DNA of 64,000 bases from an uncultured bacterium (GTDB lineage Bacteria; Patescibacteriota; Minisyncoccia; Minisyncoccales; Minisyncoccaceae): positions 18,167 to 82,166 of the forward strand of contig CAWECB010000002.1 of assembly GCA_963807465.1 (NCBI GenBank), given 5' to 3'. Below, piece by piece: positions 30,419-39,066 of this stretch (within the stretch, counting starts at the first letter, position 1; each line of letters starts with the position of its first letter). The translations under genes were made by a program, and so were the position numbers. The notes under the pieces are model-generated. The model did no database searches. It was not told the origin of the DNA and saw only the letters and a program-made list of their open reading frames with translations.

Positions 30419-30456
30419 ATTTGACAAAATCAGCACTAATTTTATATAATACAAGC

Positions 30457-30628
30457 ATCCAGTACATTGACATCATTAGAAGGGAGTATTGGTGTTGTGC
30501 TGGGTAAAAACTTTCGACAACCATTTAGTCGAATTCCTCCAAAGGGAGTGCGAGATGGGACATCGGTTGGAGAGTGTCCTCATCTCCGCAACTCTTCTTT
30601 AAAAATAAAGCGCTATATGCGCTTTTTG
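30457..30628 (+). ncRNA. candidate small RNA unit 2 (promoter TTGACA 30421-26 / TATAAT 30445-50; terminator AGCGC-tatat-GCGCT + T5)
   Basis: Consensus promoter and a clean intrinsic terminator bracket about 170 nt with no credible CDS. Confidence 0.3.
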
Positions 30629-30671
30629 TGCTTTAAAATTGACAAAAGTTAAAATATGAATAAATATAAAG

Positions 30672-31035
30672 ATGGCTCTTTTGAGCTAAATGAATAGCTA
30701 CAGTCACCACTCGTGTGCCCACAAGGCATGTCTCTGATTATTCCCTAAGGACAAAATCCTAAAGGAATTGTGTGACCTGAATCATTTCTCAACATTGGGA
30801 AAGGTTGTGCATCTAATAGGAGGCTACATCAAATCATGTGCATGCGCCGCAGGAAAATAACCATCATCGTGGTCCGAGGAACGTGTTGCCCGGCTTCCGC
30901 TTAACATAACAAGCCGAGAACCAGACACGCGAAAAAGTAAACATTTGTCCTTATGGGACAAAAAAGAGAGAAAGGGATGGTTGTGGAATAAAAACCACAA
31001 CCCCTCCTCACATTTTAAAGAGCTAAGGCTCTTTA
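30672..31035 (+). ncRNA. candidate RNA unit 3 (promoter TTGACA 30639-44; terminal hairpin AAAGAGC-taag-GCTCTTT)
   Basis: About 360 nt with 5-prime GGCTCTTT complementary to 3-prime AAAGAGCT, and long imperfect hairpins (GGTTGTGG..CCACAACC, CGGCTT..AAGCCG). It sits where ffs often lies upstream of dnaX, but I could not find the SRP domain IV motif. Confidence 0.25.
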
Positions 31036-31073
31036 TTGCATTTTATTATGAAAAAAGATAAAATTAATTATCT

Positions 31074-32174
31074 ATGTCAAACTTAGTATTATACCGCAAA
31101 TACCGACCGCAGAATTTCAAAGAGTTCTTCGGGCAGGAACACGTGGTCAAGACGATAATGAATGAAATATCTTCCGGCATGATTTCCCATGCCTATTTGT
31201 TTTCCGGGCACAGGGGAACGGGAAAAACAACTTTGGCCAGATTGTTCGCCAAGGCAATCAACTGCCAAAATTTGAAAGGTGCGGAGCCGTGCAACAAATG
31301 CCCCTCCTGCTTGGAGATAAACAACGGAAGGGCGGTTGATATTATCGAGATTGATGCAGCTTCAAACAGGGGAATCGATGAGATAAGGAGTATCAGGGAA
31401 GGAATAAAATTCACTCCGACTTTTCTCAAATACAAAGTCCTGATTTTAGACGAAGCCCACCAATTATCCAAAGATGCGGCCAACGCTCTTTTAAAGATAC
31501 TGGAGGAACCACCTTCATATGCAGTTTTTATTTTAGCAACGACCGAAGCGCACAAAATGATTCCGACAATCGCGTCCCGCTGCCAAAGGTTCGATTTCTA
31601 TAAATTGACCTTCGACCAGATGGTTGAAAAGCTGATCTTTCATTTGCAAAAAAGAGGGGATTGATATCGAAAAAGAAGCTTTGGGCTTGATTGCTTCCGG
31701 CTTCGGAAGGTTCGATGAGGGACGCCGAAGGAACACTAAACCAGGTTTTGAATTTCCTGCCCGATACGGAAGATAAAGGCGGAGGACGTTCAAATGCTTC
31801 TGGGACTGGTTGATATACACTTGGTGGTTGAGCTGGCCAATTATTTGATCAAAAAAGACAAAGCCGGAGCTTTGAAGTTTTTAAACGAAAACATTGAAAA
31901 GGGAATGGACATTCCCGAATTCACTGGAACTTTCATTGACTATTTGAGAAAATTGCTTATCCTTAAGATTGATTCCGGCTTGATCGGTTCGGTAATGCCC
32001 GGAGAGACCAAGGAGGTGGAAGGAAACGGCCCAAAAACAGGCGGGGGAATTCAGCGAAGAAAATCTGAAAAAGCCCTCAATCTTCTTCTGGATGCGGACA
32101 ACAAGAGTAAATACGCTTCAATACAGCAACTGCCTCTCGAGCTGGCCATGATTGAATCGATTGGAATCGAATAA
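31074..32174 (+). pseudogene. dnaX: DNA polymerase III subunit gamma/tau, about 3 frame changes in the 3-prime half
   Basis: YRPQNFKEFFGQEHV, GHRGTGKTTLARLFAK, Zn module CNKCPSCLEINNG, ILDEAHQLS and ATTEAHKMIPTIASRCQRF. The later parts (GSMRDAEGTLNQV, LLGLVDIHLVVELANY) lie in other frames. Confidence 0.85.
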
Positions 32175-32178
32175 CTAT

Positions 32179-32252
32179 TGCGGGATCGTCTAAAGGTAGG
32201 ACAGTGGCCTTTGAAGCCATTAATCTTGGTTCGAGTCCAAGTCCCGCAGCCA
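32179..32252 (+). tRNA. tRNA-Gln (anticodon TTG), CCA encoded
   Basis: Acceptor TGCGGGA/TCCCGCA (U1:A72 as in bacterial tRNA-Gln), anticodon loop CTTTGAA, T-arm CTTGGTTCGAGTCCAAG, discriminator G plus CCA. Confidence 0.9.
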
Positions 32253-32311
32253 CAGTCAGCGCGTTATCGAGGCCGACCAGAGTGCCTCAATTAGCAGATT
32301 AATCACAGAAC

Positions 32312-32345
32312 ACAAAACCACCAAATGTCTGGTGGTTTTGTGTTT
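32312..32345 (+). terminator. intrinsic terminator downstream of tRNA-Gln
   Basis: 12-bp stem ACAAAACCACCA / TGGTGGTTTTGT with loop AATGTC, followed by GTTT. Confidence 0.6.
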
Positions 32346-32397
32346 ACAGAGCGTCTTAATTGTGATAAATTAAAGTTATACGAGTAAGGTTTTATAT

Positions 32398-32622
32398 ATG
32401 GAAAACAAATCACAAAAATCACAAAAATCCCAAATTGGCGTGACTATACGTAAACTCAGAAACAAACTCGGGCTCTCCCAGGATGCACTATCCAAAAGAG
32501 CCGATTTGGCATTTCATACAATTGCGAAAATTGAATCTGGGTCGACCCCCGATCCCCGAATTGATACGGTTAAAAAAATAGCGAACGCGCTTGGCGTTAC
32601 GCTTGATGATTTAATCAAATAA
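32398..32622 (+). CDS. XRE-family helix-turn-helix regulator (controller-like, first gene of operon)
   Basis: 74 aa. IRKLRNKLGLSQDALSKRADLAFHTIAKIESGSTPDPRIDTVKKIANALGVTLDDL is a classic HTH_3 fold. The stop is 2 nt before the MTase ATG. Confidence 0.85.
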   Translation: MENKSQKSQKSQIGVTIRKLRNKLGLSQDALSKRADLAFHTIAKIESGSTPDPRIDTVKKIANALGVTLDDLIK

Positions 32623-32624
32623 AT

Positions 32625-33716
32625 ATGGCAACAAAATCTTTAAATACGGGTCTCAAGAAAGCGGGCGTAGCAAAAAAAGACGAATTTTATACGCAACTTG
32701 TCGATATTGAGAAAGAGATAAAACACTACAAAGATCAGTTCCGCGGTAAAGTTGTTTACTGCAACTGTGACGATCCGTTTGAGAGCAATTTCTTCAAATA
32801 TTTTGCCGCCAACTTTAAAGCACTTGGATTGAAGAAACTTATCACAACGAGCTATGTGAAATCGCCGATTGCTGGAAAACAAATACCGTTGTTTGAGATG
32901 GAGGGACTTAAGCCAGACGGCAAAGAGCCGTACGTGGTGGAGATAAATGAAGTACCGGATATTAACAACGACGGCGCGATAAGTTTGGAAGATGTCGAGG
33001 CACTACTTAGACGTAATAAAAAATCATCTCGGAAATTACAGGGTAACGGCGATTTCCGAAGTGAAGAATGTATTGAATTACTCAAAGAAGCTGACGTTGT
33101 GGTCACGAATCCTCCATTTTCACTCTTTCGTGAATATATTGCCCAGCTTGTCGAATACAATAAGAAGTTTCTGATTATCGGTAATGTAAATGCGATTACT
33201 TACAAGGAATCTTTTAAGCTTATAAAAGATAATAAAATGTGGCTCGGTGCCAGTATTCATAGTGGCGACCGTGAGTTTCGTGTGCCTGACCACTACCCAC
33301 TTGAGGCCGCAGGGTTTCGTGTAGACGAAAAAGGTAATAAATACATTCGCGTCAAAGGGGTGCGCTGGTTTACCAATCTCGATTATGAAGAACGCCACGA
33401 AAATTTAATATTATATAGGAAATATTCATCTAATGAATATCCAAAATACGACAACTATGATGCGATTGAAGTCTCCAAAACCGCAGATATTCCCATGAAT
33501 TATAGAGACGCTATGGGTGTGCCGATTACGTTTCTTGATAAATATAATCCCGAACAGTTTGAGATATTGGGTCTAGCAAATGACAAGAGGGAAATAGATA
33601 AAGCGTTCATACAAGGCAACGAATTTAATTTAGATGAGCAACACAAAAGATTTGTGGGTATGGTATTAAATAAAAAGGCTACTTATGCACGTATTTTAAT
33701 TAAACAAAAAAAGTAA
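32625..33716 (+). CDS. N6-adenine DNA methyltransferase, EcoRI-methylase-like family
   Basis: N-terminus KKDEFYTQLVDIEKEIKHYKDQFRGKVVYCNCDDPFESNFFKYF and catalytic VVTNPPFSLFREY (NPPF motif). Confidence 0.8.
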   Translation: MATKSLNTGLKKAGVAKKDEFYTQLVDIEKEIKHYKDQFRGKVVYCNCDDPFESNFFKYFAANFKALGLKKLITTSYVKSPIAGKQIPLFEMEGLKPDGKEPYVVEINEVPDINNDGAISLEDVEALLRRNKKSSRKLQGNGDFRSEECIELLKEADVVVTNPPFSLFREYIAQLVEYNKKFLIIGNVNAITYKESFKLIKDNKMWLGASIHSGDREFRVPDHYPLEAAGFRVDEKGNKYIRVKGVRWFTNLDYEERHENLILYRKYSSNEYPKYDNYDAIEVSKTADIPMNYRDAMGVPITFLDKYNPEQFEILGLANDKREIDKAFIQGNEFNLDEQHKRFVGMVLNKKATYARILIKQKK

Positions 33717-33717
33717 T

Positions 33718-34809
33718 ATGAAAATCGATCTACAAAAAATTAAAATCCGAAAAGTCGTTACTGGCTACAAAGACAGTGCTGAAGAAGGTGTGGTGGCCTA
33801 TGGTGGTAAGCTGGATATTCGGCCAAAATATCAGCGTGAATTTGTGTACAAGGAAAAACAGCGCGATGCAGTGATAGAAACTGTTAAAAAGGGTTTTCCG
33901 TTGAATGTGATGTATTGGATGATTAGAGATGATGGTGGCTACGAAGTGCTGGATGGACAACAGCGCACTATTAGCATTGGGCAATATGTTACTGGTGATT
34001 TTTCCATGAATAATCGCTTTTTCCATAATTTAACCAAAGAGGAGCAGGATAAAATTTTGGATTATGAACTGATGATTTATCTTTGTGAAGGCACCGATAA
34101 AGAGCGAATCGATTGGTTTACGGTCATAAATACATACGGAGAAAAGGTGAACGAGCAAGAAATTCGCAATGCGGTATATACCGGCCCGTGGCTTTCTGAT
34201 GCAAAACTCAAATTCAGCAAATCGAACTGCGCGGCATATCTCTTGGCGAATGATGGTGGACAGTTGGTCAGTGGCTCGCCAATCAGACAGGAGTATTTAG
34301 AGACAGCGCTTTCGTGGATTAACGACGGCAAGATCGAGGACTATATGGCCAAGCACCAGCATGATAAAGATGCTAACGAGCTGTGGGAATATTTCCAAAA
34401 AGTTATTGAATGGGCAAGAAAAACTTTTCCCAATTATCGCCGCGAGATGAGCGGTGTATCGTGGGGCGAGCTGTATAACGAGTTCAAAGGCAAAAAATTC
34501 GATTCAAAGAAATTGGAAAAGGAAATAACCGAGTTGATGCAAGACGAAGATGTAACTAAAAAATCAGGCATCTACGAATATGTTTTGAATGGCAGTGAAA
34601 GGGCGTTGAACATTCGTGCCTTTACGGACAAACAAAAGAGAGAGGCGTATGAAAGTCAAAAAGGCATTTGCGCAAAATGTAAAAAGCATTTTGAGATAGA
34701 AGAAATGGAAGCAGATCATATCAAACCTTGGCATGAGGGCGGAAAAACAATTGCTACAAATTGTAAGATGTTATGTAAACAGGATAACAGGACTAAATCC
34801 GGGAAATAA
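33718..34809 (+). CDS. DUF262 (ParB/GmrS-like) domain protein with C-terminal HNH endonuclease
   Basis: IRPKYQREFVY and LDGQQRTISIGQY are DUF262 signatures. The C-terminus CAKCKKHFEIEEMEADHIKPWHEGGKTIATNCKMLCKQDNRTK is an HNH motif. The start is 1 nt after the MTase stop. Confidence 0.85.
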   Translation: MKIDLQKIKIRKVVTGYKDSAEEGVVAYGGKLDIRPKYQREFVYKEKQRDAVIETVKKGFPLNVMYWMIRDDGGYEVLDGQQRTISIGQYVTGDFSMNNRFFHNLTKEEQDKILDYELMIYLCEGTDKERIDWFTVINTYGEKVNEQEIRNAVYTGPWLSDAKLKFSKSNCAAYLLANDGGQLVSGSPIRQEYLETALSWINDGKIEDYMAKHQHDKDANELWEYFQKVIEWARKTFPNYRREMSGVSWGELYNEFKGKKFDSKKLEKEITELMQDEDVTKKSGIYEYVLNGSERALNIRAFTDKQKREAYESQKGICAKCKKHFEIEEMEADHIKPWHEGGKTIATNCKMLCKQDNRTKSGK

Positions 34810-34830
34810 CCACATTGAATGTAAAAATTT

Positions 34831-37392
34831 ATGGAAGATAGTAGAACACCATTCGTAAAAGAAGTTGCAAAGACCATCACCGAACGTCACGGGAACGAGA
34901 GCGGGTCTTTTATCTTTGGCATATCTGGTAAATGGGGTGAAGGCAAAACTCGTTTTTTAGATGAATTAAAGGAAATTTTAGAAAAAGACAATTCACCGTT
35001 CAAAGTTGTTGATATAAATCCATGGAAATTCTCTGTCGATAGAATCTCTTTTTTAAGAAATTTTCTACGCACCTTATACGGAAAGTGCGGTTCGGAGAAC
35101 GAGAATGATTTAAAACAGTTGGATGTCGACACATCAGAAAATGCAATCGATTGGGGGCGTTTTGCAAAATTCGTTGTATTACTTGCGATTATTTGTTTGG
35201 CTTTTACTTATACCCCTCTTTTTAATTTCGTTGTCAGTCTCCCTGCGCAATGGCAATTTTTTCTTACCGTTCTATTTCTTCCAATAGTTTTAGCTGCTAT
35301 TCAAAGTGTGGTTACGGTTCAAAAGACGGATCACGCTATCGTAACTCTAGATAAATTCGACGATCTACTTGGGGAAATACTAATAAAATTTAAGGCAGCA
35401 GAGAAAAAAATTATTGTCTTTGTGGATGATCTTGATCGCGTAACTCCAGAAATGGCAAGAGATGTTTTAGATAATCTCCGTACATTCTTTGATAAAAAGG
35501 AAATTACGTTTGTTGTGACGGGCGATCATACAGTACTCGAAGGCCATCTCGGAAGAAGTTTATTGCCTGACGAAGAATCTTCCGCCGCTCAACTCGAGGA
35601 AGGGCGAAGATTTATGAAAAAAATTTTTAACGTATACTGGCGCCTACCGCTACCAATCAAGAAGGAACTTCAAGATTTTATTAAAGGTGAGTTCCAAAAG
35701 AAGGAGGCGGGGCTGAAAGAAGTATTTTCAGAAGAAAACCAGAAAACTACTTTTGCTATATATTTGGAGAAATATTTTGAAAGCAACTTTAGGCAAATAA
35801 TTCGATTTTTGGACACAGTTCTCTTCAACTTCCAAATCATAAAACAAAAAGCTGAGAGTGAAGATGCGCAACAAGCGCCATACTTTAAAGATATGTTAGC
35901 CAATCCGTTGCTTGTGGTGCGGATCCTTATGATTCAAGAGTTATGCGCCCCTCTTTTTGATAAAATGGTCAGAGATGTTTCTATCTTGCAGGGGCTTGAA
36001 TACGCAGTTGAGAAAAAGGATTCTTCCAAAATAAGTGGAATTTTCGAACAAAGCAAAGATGTTCTTTCTCCTAGTCAACGAGCTTTCATGGAAAAGTTTA
36101 TTTATGAAGAACCCCATTTTTATAAAGCTTCTCAGTTACAGGTTTTAAATCTCCAGCCGTATCTTTCATTAGCCGCTGATGTGAGTTTTGGCGATCAAAG
36201 AGGTCCATCAAGTGAGGATTTTATGGCAACACTAAATGGAGGTGATCCAAAGGCTGTCAAAAACGATCTCCTTTCTATGGGTGACGTCAAGGCACAGGAT
36301 GGAGCAAATGCCTTAGCGACCGCATTACCTTCAATAACTGATATAACGCAAAAGCAATCCGCGCTTAAGACACTCCTTACTGCTTTATCTGATTCACCTG
36401 CAGAGTTAACGATACATAAAATTTTTGCTAAGAAGTTAGCTGAACTCGATTACAGTTTTGTAAATGATGCTGCCTCTAATCTGAAAATGGATATTCTCAA
36501 CCCCTTTTTCCATTGGCTTGATCTTATCGCCGACATTGAAACAACGAAATTATTTAAGGATAAATTCACCCTAAGAGACCCTGCTGAGTTCAACGCCACG
36601 ATCAGTGAAAATGCAGGCTCTTTTAAAAGCTTAGTATTAGCGAAGTGGTTAAAAGATTACTACCCAACAAATAAACCCGAGGCTATAGCTTTGATGATCC
36701 AGCATTTTCCGAAACTAAAAATCGAGCAGGTATGCGAGCAGATGGATCTTGTTAGCGACTCTCTTATCGCAGACATCATCGGAGACGCGAATGCTCAGCT
36801 AAGAGAAAATCGGTCGGAGTTGCTGAAAGGCTATACGACAAAGGGTGTGGCAGATCTAAAGAAAAACATACTTGATCAAGTTTCCAATCTTGATCAAGGA
36901 ATTACTGCTTGGGCTATCACGAAAGCAAATGAAGAAAAACCTTTTTGGTCCAGAACTGAAATCGAATTACGAGTTCTTGTAAAGATTGATGAATCTACGG
37001 ATTTTAACACTCTTAGTCAGGGGTTACGATTTGCAATTGCCAATAACATCGGCACCCCGGAAACTATTTGGCCGAAGCTGATGCCCAAGCATAAAGACTT
37101 ACTCATTGAAAACCTGCCAACCATCGTCGATGACGCATCTTTTCAAGCCATTGCGCCTCTCCAAGCTTATGCGAATCAGCTTATGGACGCAGTTGTGGAT
37201 AAAGTTAAGGCAGTTCCGGAAACCGATCAAGCTCGTTGGCTTGGCTATATCGTAAAAGGTAAGTGGCTTTGGGTTAACCTCACCAAATATCCTATTGCAA
37301 GTAAGTTTAGGAGTTTGAAGAAGTCAAAAGATGATGGTATCAAGCAGGCGTTAAGTAGTGCCGAAGAAAGTTGGAAAGAAAAAGTATCTTAG
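34831..37392 (+). CDS. KAP-family P-loop NTPase with two transmembrane helices inserted in the NTPase domain
   Basis: Walker A GISGKWGEGKTRF, TM pair FVVLLAIICLAFTYTPLF / FFLTVLFLPIVLAAIQSVV, Walker B KKIIVFVDDLDRV, then about 600 aa of uncharacterised C-terminal sequence. Confidence 0.85.
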   Translation: MEDSRTPFVKEVAKTITERHGNESGSFIFGISGKWGEGKTRFLDELKEILEKDNSPFKVVDINPWKFSVDRISFLRNFLRTLYGKCGSENENDLKQLDVDTSENAIDWGRFAKFVVLLAIICLAFTYTPLFNFVVSLPAQWQFFLTVLFLPIVLAAIQSVVTVQKTDHAIVTLDKFDDLLGEILIKFKAAEKKIIVFVDDLDRVTPEMARDVLDNLRTFFDKKEITFVVTGDHTVLEGHLGRSLLPDEESSAAQLEEGRRFMKKIFNVYWRLPLPIKKELQDFIKGEFQKKEAGLKEVFSEENQKTTFAIYLEKYFESNFRQIIRFLDTVLFNFQIIKQKAESEDAQQAPYFKDMLANPLLVVRILMIQELCAPLFDKMVRDVSILQGLEYAVEKKDSSKISGIFEQSKDVLSPSQRAFMEKFIYEEPHFYKASQLQVLNLQPYLSLAADVSFGDQRGPSSEDFMATLNGGDPKAVKNDLLSMGDVKAQDGANALATALPSITDITQKQSALKTLLTALSDSPAELTIHKIFAKKLAELDYSFVNDAASNLKMDILNPFFHWLDLIADIETTKLFKDKFTLRDPAEFNATISENAGSFKSLVLAKWLKDYYPTNKPEAIALMIQHFPKLKIEQVCEQMDLVSDSLIADIIGDANAQLRENRSELLKGYTTKGVADLKKNILDQVSNLDQGITAWAITKANEEKPFWSRTEIELRVLVKIDESTDFNTLSQGLRFAIANNIGTPETIWPKLMPKHKDLLIENLPTIVDDASFQAIAPLQAYANQLMDAVVDKVKAVPETDQARWLGYIVKGKWLWVNLTKYPIASKFRSLKKSKDDGIKQALSSAEESWKEKVS

Positions 37393-37402
37393 TTTAAATT
37401 GA

Positions 37403-38740
37403 TTAATTTTGAACTGACAACTTTTTATCTCTTAAAATTAATTTATTCTTGACGCATCCGAGTAGTTCTCGTTTCTCCTCCATTGTTCCTCCGTTCAGCA
37501 CGTGAGTCGCGTACCGCTTTGCGTCAAAGTCTTTCTCAAGAGCACCCTTATCGTGAATATTAAGGAACGCTTTTTGAAATTTGGCCATTCGCTTGTATTC
37601 TTCATCGAACTTCTTTTTTATAATTCCCTCATTCATCTCTAAATTTCCGATGACTGCCACTAGTTGTTTAATGACTTCCTCTTCTCTGATATAACCTTCT
37701 TTACACTGTAGGTTTCTCGATCGGTTACAGCCATAATAGACATAATGAGCCATATCGCCGCTGGCAAGTTTTTTGTATTTATCTTCTGCCGTCACTCCTG
37801 ATCCACAGCGTCCACAAGTCATCATCCGCGAAAATGCGAATTGTTTGTCGATAAATTTTATCTCTGAACGCTTGAGTTGCTCTCGAGCCTTTTCAAAAAC
37901 TTCTCTCGTAATGAGCGGCGTATGTTGTCCTTTGTACCAATTTCCGCTACCCATCGGATATTCAAATGTTCCGTAAAAGAAAGGTGTTTGCAGTAAGCGA
38001 TAAATATTACTCAACGTCAGCGGTTTATTACTCGTCGCACTTCGGAAGTTCATTTCGAATTTCAGCCAATGATATATTTTTCTGCCACTCCAGCCTTCAA
38101 AAGCCACCTTCTCAAACATCTGTTTCATTACAGGGCCACGTTCAGGATCAACCATTACATATCCTTTTCTGTCGATTCGTTTTTCATTTAAATATCCTGT
38201 TGGAGCCGGAGCTGGCCACAGCCCCATCTCACAACGCATTCGGAGTCCTCTTTTTACATTCACACTTTTGTTGTCATTTTCCAATTTCGCCTGACTACAG
38301 AGAATCATCAGTAGAAATTTTTCGTTTGGATTATTCGTGAATTTTTGCCCGAATGTTTTAATCTCATATAAAAGTTTCTGATCCATGAGATCGACTAGCG
38401 AACCCAAGTCTCCGGCATTTCTCGAAAGACGATCGGGTGCCCAAGTTAGGATTCCTGTATATCGTCCACTTCGGATGTCAGCGAGAATTTCAGTAAAGAC
38501 CGGACGCTGTCCCGAATCTTTTGCCGAATGCGACTCTCTCCGGATATCGACGATCTCTAGTCCGTCACGCTCGGCAAGTTGAAGCATCTCTTTAATTTGG
38601 CTCTCAATAGAGAGGACTTGGCGTTCTTCGCTCTCGGTTGATTTACGCGCGTAAAGGCAATATTTGACCTTTACCGGAGGCTCAATTGGCTTTGGGGTCT
38701 GAGCCTCCACCGACCCTATTGGTGGTTGTTGATTTCTCAT
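37403..38740 (-). CDS. large serine recombinase (resolvase/invertase N-domain + recombinase domain + zinc ribbon)
   Basis: YCLYARKSTESEERQVLSIESQ is the catalytic Ser region. Also present are LTWAPDRLSRN, CGRCGSGVT...YVYYGC and a coiled-coil tail. ATG 38740 is preferred over TTG 38761. The gene is convergent, with its stop 10 nt from the KAP gene stop. Confidence 0.85.
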   Translation of the reverse strand: MRNQQPPIGSVEAQTPKPIEPPVKVKYCLYARKSTESEERQVLSIESQIKEMLQLAERDGLEIVDIRRESHSAKDSGQRPVFTEILADIRSGRYTGILTWAPDRLSRNAGDLGSLVDLMDQKLLYEIKTFGQKFTNNPNEKFLLMILCSQAKLENDNKSVNVKRGLRMRCEMGLWPAPAPTGYLNEKRIDRKGYVMVDPERGPVMKQMFEKVAFEGWSGRKIYHWLKFEMNFRSATSNKPLTLSNIYRLLQTPFFYGTFEYPMGSGNWYKGQHTPLITREVFEKAREQLKRSEIKFIDKQFAFSRMMTCGRCGSGVTAEDKYKKLASGDMAHYVYYGCNRSRNLQCKEGYIREEEVIKQLVAVIGNLEMNEGIIKKKFDEEYKRMAKFQKAFLNIHDKGALEKDFDAKRYATHVLNGGTMEEKRELLGCVKNKLILRDKKLSVQN

Positions 38741-38930
38741 ACAACTCAAGTAATGCCGCAACCCTCTTGGGTAGTCCAGGCCAGAAAAGGAGGTAAACTG
38801 TTGGTAACTTTTTATCGCTGAAAACCCAACAATCCATTGTCAGGGCTTAAAAATTTTGATATCATTGAAAATGACAACTGAATAATAGAGACGGCCTAAA
38901 CCAGATATTTTATTTGGCATGGCCAAAAGA

Positions 38931-38975
38931 CCCAATGACGATACTGAACCCCGCGTTCAGCAACTCGTCATTGGG
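38931..38975. repeat. 45-bp nested imperfect palindrome (candidate recombinase or regulator site)
   Basis: CCCAATGACGA..TCGTCATTGGG outer arms (11 bp) and CTGAAC-cccgc-GTTCAG inner arms. No U-run follows, so it is not a typical terminator. Confidence 0.5.
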
Positions 38976-39066
38976 CTATATACCGAAAGGTGTATAGGGC
39001 CGTAAGGCCTAGCTAGCGCGGGGCTTAGTGTTTATATACAAGTCCTCGCGCCATCTACCTAAAATT

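Noticed and set aside
30325-30652. ORFs 30325..30507 and 30467..30652 as protein-coding genes in the dnaX-upstream region
   Set aside because: Both read straight through intrinsic terminators and consensus promoters, use non-ATG starts without properly spaced SD sequences, and give compositionally odd peptides. The region is better explained as non-coding transcription units.
30672-31035. SRP RNA (ffs) or RNase P RNA assignment for candidate unit 3, based on its position upstream of dnaX and its size
   Set aside because: The universally conserved SRP domain IV elements (GNRA loop flanked by AGCA/GGAA-type loops) and the RNase P P4 sequence GAGGAAAGUCC could not be located on either strand. 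It is left as an unassigned candidate instead.
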